This document shows, piece after piece, positions 25,559 to 40,312 of a stretch of 64,000 bases of DNA. Position numbers and translations under genes: made by a program. The notes beneath the pieces were generated by a model that saw nothing but the letters and a program-made list of their open reading frames with translations, was not told the origin of the DNA and searched no databases. Position 1 is the stretch's first letter; each line of letters opens with the position of its first letter. Source of the DNA: Escherichia coli (lineage in GTDB: Bacteria > Pseudomonadota > Gammaproteobacteria > Enterobacterales > Enterobacteriaceae); the NCBI RefSeq assembly GCF_003334315.1, contig NZ_QOWR01000008.1. One strand, given 5' to 3'.

Positions 25559-26682
25559 TTCGCTTAGCGCCCTTGATTACCGCCGACGTTGACACCACCA
25601 CATTGCCTGGCGGCAAAGCCAGCGATGCTGCACAAGATTTTCTCGCGTTGTTGAGCGAAGCATTAGCAGGCGAGACAACAACCGACAAAGCGGCCCCCCA
25701 GTTGCTGGTGGCAACAGATAAGCCCACGACAAAAGGCGAGCCGCTGGTCAGCGAGATTGTTTCCGATGCGCAACAAGCGGATTTACTGATCCCTGTGGAT
25801 GAAACACTTCCTGTCATCAACGACGAACAATCCACATCAACACCGTTAACCACCGCTCAGACGATGACGTTGGCTGCGGTGGCTGACAAAAATACGACAC
25901 AAGACGAAAAAGCGGATGACCTTAATGAAGACGTCACCGCAAGTCTGAGCGCCCTTTTTGCGATGTTGCCGGGTTTTGACAATACGCCCAAAGTGACTGA
26001 TGCACCGTCAACCGTGTTACCGGCAGAGAAACCAACGCTCTTCACAAAACTGACTTCTGCGCAACTCACTACAGCACAGCCTGATGACGCCCCCGGCACA
26101 CCAGCTCAGCCATTAACACCGCTGGTAGCAGAAGCCCAGAGTAAAGCGGAAGTCATCAGCACGCCTTCGCCGGTGACCGCTGACGCCAGCCCGCTAATCA
26201 CTCCACACCAGACACAGCCACTGCCCACCGTCGCCGCGCCTGTTTTGAGTGCACCGCTGGGTTCTCACGAATGGCAACAATCATTAAGCCAGCATATTTC
26301 GCTGTTCACCCGCCAGGGGCAACAAAGTGCAGAGTTGCGTCTGCACCCACAGGATTTAGGTGAAGTGCAAATTTCCCTCAAAGTGGATGATAACCAGGCG
26401 CAGATCCAGATGATTTCACCGCATCAGCACGTACGCGCCGCCCTCGAAGCAGCGCTGCCGGTACTGCGTACGCAGCTGGCCGAAAGTGGCATTCAGTTAG
26501 GGCAAAGCAACATCAGTGGCGAAAGCTTTAGTGGTCAGCAGCAGGCCGCGTCCCAACAACAGCAAAGCCAACGCACAGCAAACCATGAACCTCTGGCGGG
26601 GGAAGACGACGATACGCTTCCGGTTCCCGTCTCTTTACAAGGGCGTGTAACAGGTAACAGCGGCGTTGATATTTTCGCCTAA
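25555..26682 (+). CDS. fliK: Flagellar hook-length control protein
   Basis: 375-aa Pro/Thr/Gln-rich ORF with C-terminal FliK domain. Confidence 0.93.
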   Translation: MIRLAPLITADVDTTTLPGGKASDAAQDFLALLSEALAGETTTDKAAPQLLVATDKPTTKGEPLVSEIVSDAQQADLLIPVDETLPVINDEQSTSTPLTTAQTMTLAAVADKNTTQDEKADDLNEDVTASLSALFAMLPGFDNTPKVTDAPSTVLPAEKPTLFTKLTSAQLTTAQPDDAPGTPAQPLTPLVAEAQSKAEVISTPSPVTADASPLITPHQTQPLPTVAAPVLSAPLGSHEWQQSLSQHISLFTRQGQQSAELRLHPQDLGEVQISLKVDDNQAQIQMISPHQHVRAALEAALPVLRTQLAESGIQLGQSNISGESFSGQQQAASQQQQSQRTANHEPLAGEDDDTLPVPVSLQGRVTGNSGVDIFA

Positions 26683-26730
26683 CGTCAGAGGTAGCACCGT
26701 AATCCTCGTCTTTTCCCCGCTTTGTTGCGC

Positions 26731-26757
26731 TCAAGACGCAGGATAATTAGCCGATAA
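26731..26757 (+). promoter_or_regulatory. sigma-28-type promoter upstream of fliL
   Basis: TCAA-N15-GCCGATAA about 30 nt upstream of fliL ATG. Confidence 0.45.
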
Positions 26758-26786
26758 GCAGTAGCGACACAGGAAGACCGCAACAC

Positions 26787-27251
26787 ATGACTGATTACGC
26801 GATAAGCAAGAAAAGCAAGCGATCGCTTTGGATCCCGATTCTGGTATTCATTACCCTCGCGGCCTGTGCCAGCGCAGGTTACAGCTACTGGCATTCGCAT
26901 CAGGTTGCCGCTGACGACAAAGCGCAGCAACGCGTCGTGCCCTCCCCGGTCTTCTATGCGCTGGATACCTTTACGGTCAATCTGGGCGATGCAGATCGCG
27001 TACTTTATATCGGCATAACCCTGCGCCTGAAAGATGAAGCTACCCGCTCGCGGCTGAGTGAGTATTTGCCGGAAGTCCGTAGCCGTTTGCTGTTACTGTT
27101 TTCGCGTCAGGATGCTGCCGTACTGGCGACAGAAGAAGGCAAGAAAAACCTGATTGCCGAGATTAAAACCACGCTTTCCACCCCGCTTGTTGCCGGGCAA
27201 CCGAAACAGGATGTCACCGACGTGCTGTATACCGCTTTTATTCTGCGATAA
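26787..27251 (+). CDS. fliL: Flagellar basal-body-associated protein FliL
   Basis: 154-aa ORF with single N-terminal TM helix. Confidence 0.93.
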   Translation: MTDYAISKKSKRSLWIPILVFITLAACASAGYSYWHSHQVAADDKAQQRVVPSPVFYALDTFTVNLGDADRVLYIGITLRLKDEATRSRLSEYLPEVRSRLLLLFSRQDAAVLATEEGKKNLIAEIKTTLSTPLVAGQPKQDVTDVLYTAFILR

Positions 27252-27255
27252 CGAC

Positions 27256-28260
27256 ATGGGCGATAGTATTCTTTCTCAAGCTGAAATTGATGCGCTGTTG
27301 AATGGTGACAGCGAAGTCAAAGACGAACCGACAGCCAGTGTTAGCGGCGAAAGTGACATTCGTCCGTACGATCCGAATACCCAACGACGGGTTGTGCGCG
27401 AACGTTTGCAGGCGCTGGAAATCATTAATGAGCGCTTTGCCCGCCATTTTCGTATGGGGCTGTTCAACCTGCTGCGTCGTAGCCCGGATATAACCGTCGG
27501 GGCCATCCGCATTCAGCCGTACCATGAATTTGCCCGCAACCTGCCGGTGCCGACCAACCTGAACCTTATACACCTTAAACCGCTGCGCGGCACAGGGCTG
27601 GTGGTGTTCTCGCCGAGCCTGGTGTTTATCGCCGTGGATAACCTGTTTGGCGGCGATGGACGCTTCCCGACCAAAGTGGAAGGTCGCGAGTTTACCCATA
27701 CCGAACAGCGCGTCATCAACCGCATGTTAAAGCTGGCGCTTGAAGGCTATAGCGACGCCTGGAAAGCGATTAATCCGCTGGAAGTTGAGTACGTGCGTTC
27801 GGAAATGCAGGTGAAATTCACTAATATCACCACCTCGCCGAACGACATTGTGGTTAACACGCCGTTCCATGTGGAGATTGGCAACCTGACCGGCGAATTT
27901 AATATCTGCCTGCCATTCAGCATGATCGAGCCGCTACGGGAATTGTTGGTTAACCCGCCGCTGGAAAACTCGCGTAATGAAGATCAGAACTGGCGCGATA
28001 ACCTGGTGCGCCAGGTGCAGCATTCACAGCTGGAACTGGTGGCCAACTTTGCCGATATCTCGCTACGCCTGTCGCAGATTTTAAAACTGAAACCCGGCGA
28101 CGTCCTGCCGATAGAAAAACCCGATCGCATCATCGCCCATGTTGACGGCGTTCCGGTACTGACCAGTCAGTACGGCACCCTCAACGGTCAGTATGCGTTA
28201 CGGATAGAACATTTGATTAACCCGATTTTAAATTCTCTGAACGAGGAACAGCCCAAATGA
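27256..28260 (+). CDS. fliM: Flagellar motor switch protein FliM
   Basis: ORF track 368 aa overlapping fliL; trimmed to MGDSILSQAEIDALLNGDS... (334 aa). Confidence 0.92.
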   Translation: MGDSILSQAEIDALLNGDSEVKDEPTASVSGESDIRPYDPNTQRRVVRERLQALEIINERFARHFRMGLFNLLRRSPDITVGAIRIQPYHEFARNLPVPTNLNLIHLKPLRGTGLVVFSPSLVFIAVDNLFGGDGRFPTKVEGREFTHTEQRVINRMLKLALEGYSDAWKAINPLEVEYVRSEMQVKFTNITTSPNDIVVNTPFHVEIGNLTGEFNICLPFSMIEPLRELLVNPPLENSRNEDQNWRDNLVRQVQHSQLELVANFADISLRLSQILKLKPGDVLPIEKPDRIIAHVDGVPVLTSQYGTLNGQYALRIEHLINPILNSLNEEQPK

Positions 28261-28670
28261 GTGACATGAATAATCCGGCCGATGACAACAACGGCGCAAT
28301 GGACGATCTGTGGGCTGAAGCGTTGAGCGAGCAAAAATCAACCAGTGGAAAAAGCGCTGCCGACGCGGTGTTCCAGCAATTTGGCGGCGGAGATGTCAGC
28401 GGAACGTTGCAGGATATCGACCTGATTATGGATATTCCGGTCAAGCTGACCGTCGAGCTGGGCCGTACGCGGATGACCATCAAAGAGCTGTTGCGTCTGA
28501 CGCAAGGATCAGTCGTGGCGCTGGACGGTCTGGCGGGCGAACCGCTGGATATTCTGATCAACGGTTATTTAATTGCCCAGGGCGAAGTGGTGGTCGTTGC
28601 CGATAAATATGGCGTGCGGATCACCGATATCATTACCCCGTCCGAGCGGATGCGCCGCCTGAGCCGTTAG
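28257..28670 (+). CDS. fliN: Flagellar motor switch protein FliN
   Basis: 137-aa ORF with SpoA domain. Confidence 0.93.
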   Translation: MSDMNNPADDNNGAMDDLWAEALSEQKSTSGKSAADAVFQQFGGGDVSGTLQDIDLIMDIPVKLTVELGRTRMTIKELLRLTQGSVVALDGLAGEPLDILINGYLIAQGEVVVVADKYGVRITDIITPSERMRRLSR

Positions 28671-28672
28671 TG

Positions 28673-29038
28673 ATGAATAACCATGCTACTGTGCAATCTT
28701 CCGCGCCGGTTTCTGCTGCGTCACTGCTGCAGGTGAGCGGCGCACTCATCGCCATTATTGCCCTGATCCTCGCTGCCGCCTGGCTGGTAAAACGGCTGGG
28801 ATTTGCCCCTAAACGCACTGGCGTTAACGGTCTGAAAATTAGCGCCAGTGCTTCGCTGGGCGCGCGTGAACGGGTTGTGGTGGTCGATGTGGAAGATGCA
28901 CGGCTGGTGCTCGGCGTTACCGCAGGGCAAATCAATCTGCTGCATAAACTTCCCCCTTCAGCACCAACGGAAGAGATACCGCAGCCCGATTTTCAGTCGG
29001 TCATGAAAAGCTTGCTTAAGCGTAGCGGGAGATCCTGA
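28673..29038 (+). CDS. fliO: Flagellar export apparatus protein FliO
   Basis: ATG one codon after the GTG at 28670; [10 protein letters not shown]... (121 aa), single TM helix. Confidence 0.85.
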   Translation: MNNHATVQSSAPVSAASLLQVSGALIAIIALILAAAWLVKRLGFAPKRTGVNGLKISASASLGARERVVVVDVEDARLVLGVTAGQINLLHKLPPSAPTEEIPQPDFQSVMKSLLKRSGRS

Positions 29039-29775
29039 TGCGTCGTTTGTTGTCTGTCGCCCCTGTCCTTCTCTGGCTGATTACGCCCCTCGCCTTCGCG
29101 CAACTGCCGGGTATCACCAGCCAGCCGCTGCCTGGCGGTGGACAAAGCTGGTCGCTCCCGGTGCAGACGCTGGTGTTCATCACCTCGTTGACGTTTATTC
29201 CGGCAATTTTACTGATGATGACCAGTTTCACCCGCATCATTATTGTTTTTGGTTTATTGCGTAACGCGCTGGGAACGCCCTCCGCGCCACCTAACCAGGT
29301 ATTGCTGGGGCTGGCACTGTTTTTGACCTTTTTTATTATGTCGCCAGTGATCGACAAAATTTATGTCGATGCGTACCAGCCATTCAGCGAAGAGAAAATA
29401 TCAATGCAGGAGGCGCTGGAAAAAGGGGCGCAGCCGCTGCGTGAGTTTATGCTGCGTCAGACCCGTGAGGCGGATTTAGGGTTGTTTGCCAGACTGGCGA
29501 ATACTGGCCCGTTGCAGGGACCTGAAGCCGTGCCGATGCGCATTTTGCTCCCGGCCTACGTGACCAGCGAGTTGAAAACCGCATTTCAGATAGGCTTCAC
29601 GATTTTCATCCCTTTTTTGATTATCGACCTGGTGATAGCCAGCGTGTTGATGGCATTAGGGATGATGATGGTTCCCCCCGCCACCATTGCTCTGCCCTTT
29701 AAACTGATGCTGTTTGTACTGGTGGATGGCTGGCAATTGCTGGTCGGTTCGCTGGCGCAGAGCTTTTACAGCTAG
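29038..29775 (+). CDS. fliP: Flagellar export gate protein FliP
   Basis: 245-aa membrane ORF with signal peptide; start overlaps fliO stop by 1 nt. Confidence 0.95.
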   Translation: MRRLLSVAPVLLWLITPLAFAQLPGITSQPLPGGGQSWSLPVQTLVFITSLTFIPAILLMMTSFTRIIIVFGLLRNALGTPSAPPNQVLLGLALFLTFFIMSPVIDKIYVDAYQPFSEEKISMQEALEKGAQPLREFMLRQTREADLGLFARLANTGPLQGPEAVPMRILLPAYVTSELKTAFQIGFTIFIPFLIIDLVIASVLMALGMMMVPPATIALPFKLMLFVLVDGWQLLVGSLAQSFYS

Positions 29776-29784
29776 AGAGGCAAA

Positions 29785-30054
29785 ATGACACCTGAATCGG
29801 TCATGATGATGGGGACTGAAGCGATGAAAGTCGCGCTGGCACTGGCTGCCCCGCTATTGTTGGTAGCGTTGGTCACGGGCCTTATCATCAGTATTTTGCA
29901 GGCCGCCACCCAGATTAACGAAATGACGCTGTCGTTTATTCCGAAAATCATCGCCGTATTTATTGCCATTATTATTGCCGGACCGTGGATGCTCAATCTG
30001 TTGCTGGATTACGTCCGCACCTTGTTCACTAACCTGCCGTATATCATCGGGTAG
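29785..30054 (+). CDS. fliQ: Flagellar export gate protein FliQ
   Basis: 89-aa two-TM ORF. Confidence 0.93.
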   Translation: MTPESVMMMGTEAMKVALALAAPLLLVALVTGLIISILQAATQINEMTLSFIPKIIAVFIAIIIAGPWMLNLLLDYVRTLFTNLPYIIG

Positions 30055-30061
30055 CCGTACT

Positions 30062-30847
30062 ATGTTGCAGGTGACAAGCGATCAATGGCTTTCCTGGCTA
30101 AGTCTGTACTTCTGGCCGTTACTGCGCGTGCTGGCGCTCATTTCTACCGCGCCAATTCTGAGCGAACGCAGCGTGCCGAAGCGGGTAAAACTGGGTCTGG
30201 CAATGATGATCACGTTCGCTATTGCCCCATCATTACCTGCCAACGATGTTCCTGTTTTTTCGTTCTTTACTCTGTGGCTGGCCGTGCAGCAGATCCTGAT
30301 CGGCATTGCGCTTGGTTTCACCATGCAATTTGCCTTTGCCGCTGTGCGAACCGCTGGCGAAATTATCGGTCTGCAAATGGGGCTGTCATTTGCGACGTTT
30401 GTCGATCCGGCCAGCCATCTCAACATGCCCGTTCTAGCGCGTATCATGGATATGCTGGCGTTACTGCTGTTCCTGACATTTAACGGTCATTTATGGTTGA
30501 TTTCACTGCTGGTCGATACCTTTCACACCCTGCCGATTGGTGGCGAACCGCTGAACAGCAATGCGTTTCTGGCACTCACCAAAGCAGGGAGTTTGATTTT
30601 CCTTAACGGGCTGATGCTGGCGTTACCGCTCATTACTCTGCTGCTGACCCTGAATCTGGCATTAGGTTTACTGAATCGTATGGCCCCGCAATTATCCATT
30701 TTTGTTATTGGATTTCCATTAACTCTGACTGTCGGCATCTCTTTAATGGCGGCATTAATGCCGTTAATTGCGCCTTTTTGCGAACATTTATTCAGTGAAA
30801 TTTTTAATTTGCTGGCTGATATTATTAGTGAATTGCCATTAATATAA
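30062..30847 (+). CDS. fliR: Flagellar export gate protein FliR
   Basis: ORF track 294 aa overlapping fliQ; trimmed to [22 protein letters not shown]... (261 aa). Confidence 0.92.
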   Translation: MLQVTSDQWLSWLSLYFWPLLRVLALISTAPILSERSVPKRVKLGLAMMITFAIAPSLPANDVPVFSFFTLWLAVQQILIGIALGFTMQFAFAAVRTAGEIIGLQMGLSFATFVDPASHLNMPVLARIMDMLALLLFLTFNGHLWLISLLVDTFHTLPIGGEPLNSNAFLALTKAGSLIFLNGLMLALPLITLLLTLNLALGLLNRMAPQLSIFVIGFPLTLTVGISLMAALMPLIAPFCEHLFSEIFNLLADIISELPLI

Positions 30848-30872
30848 TTCCGTAACGTTTATCATGCTACCC

Positions 30873-30886
30873 TAAGGATTATCCGA
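30873..30886 (+). promoter_or_regulatory. Candidate RcsAB box upstream of rcsA (autoregulation site)
   Basis: TAAGGATTATCCGA resembles the RcsAB box consensus (TaAGaatatTCctA) within the AT-rich rcsA leader. Confidence 0.4.
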
Positions 30887-31136
30887 AAAATAATATCTGC
30901 GAACATCTTCCAGGATACTCCTGTAGCGAAATATTTGTTTTAAGCTCACTCACATATCGCAACATTTACTTTACTTTAAGACAATTCCAGGCAAATTATA
31001 CAACACTTTACGGGATAGTAAGTCCGCCTGAAAAATTGCGAGAGTGGCGCATTAGGTGACCCATGTTGTTCCGTTTAGTCATGATGAAATATTCAGGTAA
31101 GGGGAATTATCGTTACGCATTGAGTGAGGGTATGCC

Positions 31137-31760
31137 ATGTCAACGATTATTATGGATTTATGTAGTTACACCCGACTAGGTTTAACCGGGTATCTGTTGA
31201 GTAGAGGGGTTAAAAAAAGAGAAATCAACGACATTGAAACCGTTGATGACCTTGCCATAGCTTGTGATTCACAGCGCCCTTCAGTGGTGTTTATTAATGA
31301 GGACTGTTTCATCCATGATGCTTCTAACAGTCAGCGCATCAAGCACATCATTAATCAACATCCCAATACGTTATTTATCGTTTTTATGGCAATTGCCAAT
31401 GTTCATTTTGATGAATATCTATTGGTCAGAAAAAATTTATTGATAAGTTCTAAATCGATTAAACCGGAATCTCTCGACGATATCCTTGGCGATATTCTGA
31501 AAAAAGAGACAACGATAACCTCTTTTTTAAATATGCCGACGTTATCATTGAGCCGAACCGAATCGAGTATGTTGCGAATGTGGATGGCAGGTCAGGGAAC
31601 CATCCAAATCTCTGACCAAATGAATATCAAAGCCAAGACCGTTTCATCGCATAAAGGTAATATTAAACGTAAGATCAAAACGCATAATAAACAGGTTATC
31701 TACCATGTCGTCCGACTGACGGATAATGTGACTAATGGTATTTTTGTCAACATGCGCTAA
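31137..31760 (+). CDS. rcsA: Capsule synthesis co-regulator RcsA (LuxR-type)
   Basis: 207-aa ORF with C-terminal LuxR HTH. Confidence 0.93.
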   Translation: MSTIIMDLCSYTRLGLTGYLLSRGVKKREINDIETVDDLAIACDSQRPSVVFINEDCFIHDASNSQRIKHIINQHPNTLFIVFMAIANVHFDEYLLVRKNLLISSKSIKPESLDDILGDILKKETTITSFLNMPTLSLSRTESSMLRMWMAGQGTIQISDQMNIKAKTVSSHKGNIKRKIKTHNKQVIYHVVRLTDNVTNGIFVNMR

Positions 31761-31766
31761 CACATT

Positions 31767-31800
31767 CTGACTGGTGGTTTCCCACCAGTCAGGCTGAATA
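31767..31800. terminator. Hairpin between convergent rcsA and dsrB
   Basis: 11-bp stem ctgactggtgg / ccaccagtcag with tttc loop. Confidence 0.45.
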
Positions 31801-31803
31801 AGA

Positions 31804-32082
<279 letters not shown>

Positions 32083-32154
32083 CTATACTTAAGAGATGCC
32101 AGGCGGACTTAACGACTGGCGGCAACAACAGAGTAACGGTTGCGAGGAAAGATG

Positions 32155-32382
32155 ATGAAAACCGCAAAAGAGTACAGCGATACCGCAAAACGTGAGGTCA
32201 GCGTCGATGTCGATGCCCTGCTGGCGGCGATCAATGAAATTAGCGAAAGCGAAGTTCATCGCAGCCAGAACGATTCTGAACACGTTAGCGTCGATGGACG
32301 TGAATATCATACATGGCGTGAATTGGCGGATGCCTTCGAACTGGATATTCATGACTTCAGCGTCTCTGAAGTGAATCGTTGA
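32155..32382 (+). CDS. yodD: Small stress-induced protein YodD
   Basis: Trimmed to MKTAKEYSDTAKREVSVDVDALLAAINE... (75 aa). Confidence 0.85.
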   Translation: MKTAKEYSDTAKREVSVDVDALLAAINEISESEVHRSQNDSEHVSVDGREYHTWRELADAFELDIHDFSVSEVNR

Positions 32383-32395
32383 ATGCACAATAAAA

Positions 32396-32482
32396 AAATC
32401 CCGACCCTGAGGGGGTCGGGATGAAACTTGCTTAAGCAAGAAGCACTTAAAAAATTCGTTACACCAGGAAATCTGATGTGTT
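32396..32482 (-). ncRNA. dsrA: DsrA small regulatory RNA (Hfq-dependent; activates rpoS, represses hns)
   Basis: Minus strand reads AACACATCAGATTTCCTGGTGTAACGAATTTTTTAAGTGCTTCTTGCTTAAGCAAGTTTCATCCCGACCCCCTCAGGGTCGGGATTT, ending in a terminator hairpin. Confidence 0.9.
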
Positions 32483-32661
32483 CATCACCTTATCCGCAAT
32501 TTTTTTCGCTGACAAGAAAATCTTCGCGATATGAATGATTAACGCTACTTATGAATAGAAATGTGACGTGCGTCACCCCTTGGTGGCTCTGGCGTCAACG
32601 GGATCGCTCCCGAAAAAATCATCTTTGATTATTTGTGCTGTTTTGAGAATCATCCTGGTAA

Positions 32662-35186
<2,525 letters not shown>

Positions 35187-35381
35187 CCTGACGACTCCCA
35201 ACCTGCTTTTTTATGATTCTGGCATAACCTGGCGATAGCGTACCGCAAAACAGCGATAATTTTATAATGGTGGCATGATAAGACGCGATAGCGTCGCATC
35301 AGGCAATTCAGTGCAGACACTGGCACACCCGACCGGATGCGACGTGAGCGCCACATCCGGTCGGGTGTTAATGATACCCTT

Positions 35382-35564
35382 TCAAACTTCTTCCGCAGGA
35401 CGACTTCCCACCCCTGGAACAAGCTCGGTTTCATGAAAAGCTTCCCGCTTGACCCCGTAACCGTCATACCAACGACACTCAACCATACCGCTGGAGTATC
35501 CGGTGACAATCATCCGCGGGCCGCCCTCTTTAACCGTAACTTCCTCACTAACCATAAAGCTCAT
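35382..35564 (-). CDS. yodC: Small protein YodC
   Basis: 60-aa ORF MSFMVSEEVTVKEGGPRMIVTGYSSGMVECRWYDGYGVKREAFHETELVPG. Confidence 0.8.
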   Translation of the reverse strand: MSFMVSEEVTVKEGGPRMIVTGYSSGMVECRWYDGYGVKREAFHETELVPGVGSRPAEEV

Positions 35565-35642
35565 ACTCGCCTCCTTTTTTCGAGTAAAACTTGTTCACCT
35601 TAGTTGAAGATGGCGAATTTTGCATAATAGCCAGTGCGAGTA

Positions 35643-36560
35643 TTAATGTGCCTGACCGCGTATTTTCGCTACGGCTTTCACTCCCAGCACCACGATGCCG
35701 CCGATGATAAATCCAAGAATCAGATTTAAAACAGTCGGTAATATCATCGCCACCACTGCACTTTGCTGCCCGGCGAAATGTTCAATGGCGTGATGCAGCG
35801 GCGCAATTCCATGTACCACAATCCCACCGCCGACGAGGAACATCGCCAGCGTGCCGACAATCGATAACGCTTTCATCAGCCAGGGCGCAATGATCAATAA
35901 CCCTTTACCTAATGCCTGCATCAGCGCGCTGGATTTTTCCGCCAGCCAATACCCCAGGTCATCAATCTTAACGATAACCCCTACCAGACCGTAGACGCCC
36001 ACGGTCACTACCAGCGCGATGCCTGAAAGCACCAGCACTTGATTAAGCAACGACGCTTCGGCCACAATCCCCAGCGTGATGGCGACGATTTCCGCAGACA
36101 ATATAAAATCGGTACGAATCGCCCCTTTTATTTTGTCCTTTTCAAACTTCAGCGGATCCTGCGCCGCCAGCTTCTCCAGACGCTGCTGGCTCTGCGCCGG
36201 ATCTTCTTTATGTTTACGCGCCTCCAGCATATGCAGCACTTTCTCTACCCCTTCAAAGCAGAGAAACGCGCCACCAATCATCAACAGAGGCGTAATCGCC
36301 CACGGGATAAACGCACTGATGATCAGCGCCAGCGGCACCAGAATCACTTTATTAATCAGCGATCCTTTCGCCACGCCCCAGACCACGGGAAGTTCCCGGT
36401 TGGCCCGCACGCCTGAAACTTGTTGCGCATTGAGCGATAAGTCATCCCCTAATACACCGGCGGTTTTCTTCGCCGCCAGTTTGCCCATCACGGAGATATC
36501 GTCCAGTAGTGTGGCGATATCATCGAGCAACGTCAGTAAACTACTCCCGGCCAAAAGCAT
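35643..36560 (-). CDS. yedI: Inner-membrane protein YedI (DUF808)
   Basis: 305-aa polytopic membrane ORF. Confidence 0.9.
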   Translation of the reverse strand: MLLAGSSLLTLLDDIATLLDDISVMGKLAAKKTAGVLGDDLSLNAQQVSGVRANRELPVVWGVAKGSLINKVILVPLALIISAFIPWAITPLLMIGGAFLCFEGVEKVLHMLEARKHKEDPAQSQQRLEKLAAQDPLKFEKDKIKGAIRTDFILSAEIVAITLGIVAEASLLNQVLVLSGIALVVTVGVYGLVGVIVKIDDLGYWLAEKSSALMQALGKGLLIIAPWLMKALSIVGTLAMFLVGGGIVVHGIAPLHHAIEHFAGQQSAVVAMILPTVLNLILGFIIGGIVVLGVKAVAKIRGQAH

Positions 36561-36732
36561 TCCCTCTCATTTTTATTGTTGAAGGGTGTAAGTATGAAGC
36601 AAAAACGGCAGCTCTGATACTTGCTTCACAGGTCAACATTTTTTTAACAATCAAGTGCAATTATATCTCTCGCCAGCAGAATGATTTTCACGTTTACTAT
36701 GAACCACCTTTTTATTTCCACCGTGAGGGATT

Positions 36733-37653
36733 ATGCGTTTCCGCCAGTTGTTACCGCTTTTTGGCGCGCTGTTTGCGTTGTATATCATTTGGGGCTCAAC
36801 CTATTTTGTCATTCGGATTGGCGTGGAAAGCTGGCCTCCGTTAATGATGGCAGGCGTTCGATTCCTGGCAGCCGGTATTTTATTGATGGCATTTTTGCTA
36901 CTGCGCGGACACAAGCTCCCCCCGCTACGTCCGCTGCTCAATGCCGCGCTGATTGGCCTGTTATTGCTGGCTGTCGGTAATGGCATGGTGACGGTTGCCG
37001 AGCATCAAAATGTTCCTTCCGGCATCGCCGCCGTAGTGGTTGCAACCGTGCCCCTCTTTACCCTGTGCTTCAGCCGCCTGTTTGGCATTAAAACGCGCAA
37101 ACTGGAATGGGTGGGTATTGCCATTGGGCTTGCCGGAATCATCATGCTCAATAGCGGTGGAAATTTAAGCGGCAATCCGTGGGGCGCGATTCTGATTTTA
37201 ATCGGCTCGATTAGCTGGGCGTTTGGCTCGGTTTATGGCTCGCGCATTACCTTACCTGTAGGGATGATGGCGGGTGCGATTGAGATGCTGGCGGCAGGCG
37301 TGGTGTTAATGATCGCGTCGATGATTGCAGGTGAAAAACTGACGGCGCTCCCTTCCCTTTCAGGCTTCCTTGCGGTCGGCTATCTGGCGCTGTTTGGTTC
37401 GATTATCGCCATCAACGCTTATATGTATTTAATCCGTAATGTCAGTCCGGCTCTCGCCACCAGCTACGCCTACGTTAACCCGGTGGTCGCGGTCTTGCTG
37501 GGTACGGGACTGGGCGGAGAGACGCTGTCGAAGATTGAATGGCTGGCGCTCGGCGTAATTGTCTTCGCGGTGGTACTGGTCACGTTGGGAAAATATCTCT
37601 TCCCGGCAAAACCCGTAGTTGCGCCAGTTATGCAGGACGCATCAAGCGAGTAA
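36733..37653 (+). CDS. yedA: EamA/DMT-family exporter YedA
   Basis: 306-aa ORF with 10 predicted TM helices and two EamA repeats. Confidence 0.9.
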   Translation: MRFRQLLPLFGALFALYIIWGSTYFVIRIGVESWPPLMMAGVRFLAAGILLMAFLLLRGHKLPPLRPLLNAALIGLLLLAVGNGMVTVAEHQNVPSGIAAVVVATVPLFTLCFSRLFGIKTRKLEWVGIAIGLAGIIMLNSGGNLSGNPWGAILILIGSISWAFGSVYGSRITLPVGMMAGAIEMLAAGVVLMIASMIAGEKLTALPSLSGFLAVGYLALFGSIIAINAYMYLIRNVSPALATSYAYVNPVVAVLLGTGLGGETLSKIEWLALGVIVFAVVLVTLGKYLFPAKPVVAPVMQDASSE

Positions 37654-38112
37654 ATGAATCCCCTGCGTGTCGATCTGCGCGCTGGCACCTTCGCCGCAGA
37701 TCCACTCTTCCAGACGCTCGGTAAGCGCTTCATCCGTCAGCTTCTCGCGCCCACGTAATGCACACTCCCAGACAATCAGTACGCGCCAGCCGAGTTCCTG
37801 CAAACGACTGATATCGCGGCGATCGCGTTCAACATTTTTACCTATCTTCTCCAGCCAGAACTCGGTTCGAGTCGCAGGCACTTTAAACAGATAGCAGTGA
37901 TGATGATGCCAGAAGCAGCCATGGGTAAATATCACGCAGCGATATTCATCAACGACAAAATCCGGGCGACCGGGCAGACTGGCGTCCTGAACGCGAAACG
38001 CCAGGCCCTGCCCGGTTAACAGACTGGCGAGGCGCTTCTCAATCGCCGTATCACGCGTGGCAATCGCGCGCATATTTTTGCTGCGAGTGGCCTTATCGTG
38101 AACGTCGGCCAT
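37642..38112 (-). CDS. vsr: Very-short-patch repair endonuclease
   Basis: ORF track 210 aa; trimmed to [28 protein letters not shown]... (156 aa); start lies inside the 3' end of dcm in another frame. Confidence 0.9.
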   Translation of the reverse strand: MADVHDKATRSKNMRAIATRDTAIEKRLASLLTGQGLAFRVQDASLPGRPDFVVDEYRCVIFTHGCFWHHHHCYLFKVPATRTEFWLEKIGKNVERDRRDISRLQELGWRVLIVWECALRGREKLTDEALTERLEEWICGEGASAQIDTQGIHLLA

Positions 38113-39511
38113 GTTGTGCCTCTTGCTGACGCAACGCCACCGCCTGTTTGATTTTTGGCTCAAGCAGTTTTGCCACCGCGGCAAAGACCGGCACGACCAC
38201 CGAGTTACCGAACTGGCGATAGGCCTGAGTGTCCGAAACCGGAATGCGGAATTTCGCTTCTCCCGGCGCTTCAAAACCCATTAAGCGCGCGCATTCCCGA
38301 GGCGTTAACCGACGTGGACGATGTTGCTGATTCTGCGGATCGTCAAAGTCTTTCTCACCTTTGGCCATATCCCAGCCGCGATCGATTAAAATTTCCGCGC
38401 CATCTTTGTAATAACGCGCAGACAGCGTACGCGTGACGCTTTGCGGATTGTTCGGATAAACCATTCCATAACCGAAGCCGTTACCGCGCGCCTGATGTTT
38501 TTTCGCATAACGATAGAGGTACTTCCACAGCACCGGCGTCAGGATATATTTCGCCTCGACCATCGGGTCCAGCAGCTGCGCCAGCGTCACTCGCTGTGCA
38601 GGGAAACATTCGCTGATATCACGCAGAGTAAAATCGGCTTTCAGATTCAGATCGCGACGAAAACCCACCAGCACGATGCGTTCACGGTGCTGCGGCAGGA
38701 AATGTTTGCCGTCGATGATTTTCGGATCGTCCGGCCCGTTATCTTCTGCATCAGCCACGTCATAGCCCAGTTCGTCCAGCGTCTGAATGATGATGCGGAA
38801 CGTTTTACCCTGGTCGTGACTTTTCAGGTTTTTGACGTTTTCGAGCACAAACATCGCCGGACGACGCGCGTCGATAATGCGCACCACATCAAAGAACAGC
38901 GTGCCCTGGGTATCGCAGGCAAAACCGTGCGCCCGCCCGAGCGAGTTCTTTTTCGATACGCCAGCCAGCGAAAATGGCTGACAAGGGAAACCGGCCAGTA
39001 AAACATCGTGTTCAGGAATGTGTTGACGAATATGTTCCGCCGCCGCCTCATCACTCACGCCTTCTTTATGGCTGAGGGTGATGTCGCGGATATCTTCATT
39101 AAAATGATGCGTCGCCGGGTCGCAATAATGGTTGGCTTTATAAGTACGTACCGCATGTTTGTTCCATTCGCTGGTAAACACGCACTGTCCGCCAATCGAT
39201 TCAAAACCGCGACGGATGCCGCCAATTCCGGCAAATAGATCGATAAAGCGAAACGCATAATGCGGATGATGTGCCGGTGGTTTGGGTAATAACGTTTGCA
39301 GATGGGCGAACTCTTTCTCACTTAAACGGTGCCATGCCGAGTCATTCGCCAGCGCACGTTTTAAAATTGCCGCGCTCCAGTGATTCTCACCCACACCATT
39401 AAGCTGCGCCACCAGCGTTTTAACATCATATATTTGCAGCAGTTTCTCCAGCATTGCCTGTGCGGCATTCCCGGTGCTGTATGAATCGGTTACTGATATA
39501 TTTTCCTGCAT
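38093..39511 (-). CDS. dcm: DNA-cytosine C5 methyltransferase Dcm (CCWGG)
   Basis: 472-aa ORF with C5-MTase motifs ([10 protein letters not shown] motif I, GFPCQPFS motif IV, ENV motif VI). Confidence 0.93.
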   Translation of the reverse strand: MQENISVTDSYSTGNAAQAMLEKLLQIYDVKTLVAQLNGVGENHWSAAILKRALANDSAWHRLSEKEFAHLQTLLPKPPAHHPHYAFRFIDLFAGIGGIRRGFESIGGQCVFTSEWNKHAVRTYKANHYCDPATHHFNEDIRDITLSHKEGVSDEAAAEHIRQHIPEHDVLLAGFPCQPFSLAGVSKKNSLGRAHGFACDTQGTLFFDVVRIIDARRPAMFVLENVKNLKSHDQGKTFRIIIQTLDELGYDVADAEDNGPDDPKIIDGKHFLPQHRERIVLVGFRRDLNLKADFTLRDISECFPAQRVTLAQLLDPMVEAKYILTPVLWKYLYRYAKKHQARGNGFGYGMVYPNNPQSVTRTLSARYYKDGAEILIDRGWDMAKGEKDFDDPQNQQHRPRRLTPRECARLMGFEAPGEAKFRIPVSDTQAYRQFGNSVVVPVFAAVAKLLEPKIKQAVALRQQEAQHGRRSR

Positions 39512-39577
39512 AGATTTAACCGGCCATCTGAGATGGCCGACAGGTTAACATAATTACAGCCATTTAGGGCCACGCGC

Positions 39578-40273
39578 TCAGCCCGCGGGTGAAAACGCAT
39601 CTATCACCTTGTGATCGACACCTTCATTCTCCCCCGCCAGTTCGGCACTGAGCTTCGCCATAAACTCGACTAAAAAATGCGCGTTGTGCTGCGCCAGCTG
39701 CTTGCCTCTTGCGGTTTGCATGGTTTGCGGTAGCTTCAGCAACTTAGTCTGGAAATGATCCAGCGCGTAGCGTTTATCATCAAGCGGGCGATACTGTGCG
39801 AACGGATCTTCGCCATCAAACAGCGCCACGCCCAATGCCCCTGAAACGGCAAACACGCGCGCCAGGCCAATCGCCCCCAGGGCTTCCAGCCGATCCGCAT
39901 CCTGGACGATTTTAGCTTCCGTTGTTAAGGGGGCGATTTGCGCGCTGAAACTGTGAGCGGCAATGGCATGACAAACGGCCTCGATTTTCTCCGCCGGAAA
40001 TTGCACGAACTCTTCACGGAGCAGGCGACGCGTCTCTTCTGCCGCCAGGATTGAAGAACGCTGCCGTTGCGGATGATTTTTCGCCAGGCTCACAATATCG
40101 TGGAAATAACAGGCGGTTAAAATCACCAGCATATCGACGTCATCATCTGCCGCCAGCTTCTGTGCCGTAGCCCAGACGCGACGAAAATGACACACGTCAT
40201 GGGCCGCGTCCTGGTGCTGATGATGGTTTTTCAACCAGTTTTCGAACTCTGCCTGCCAGTGTTGTAAGTCCAT
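39578..40273 (-). CDS. yedJ: HD-domain phosphohydrolase YedJ
   Basis: Trimmed to [19 protein letters not shown]... (231 aa); HD motif ...CYFHDIV... Confidence 0.88.
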   Translation of the reverse strand: MDLQHWQAEFENWLKNHHQHQDAAHDVCHFRRVWATAQKLAADDDVDMLVILTACYFHDIVSLAKNHPQRQRSSILAAEETRRLLREEFVQFPAEKIEAVCHAIAAHSFSAQIAPLTTEAKIVQDADRLEALGAIGLARVFAVSGALGVALFDGEDPFAQYRPLDDKRYALDHFQTKLLKLPQTMQTARGKQLAQHNAHFLVEFMAKLSAELAGENEGVDHKVIDAFSPAG

Positions 40274-40312
40274 ACGCGCTCCGTTGCCAAAGAGTCGCAA
40301 CCTTAGCAGTTT

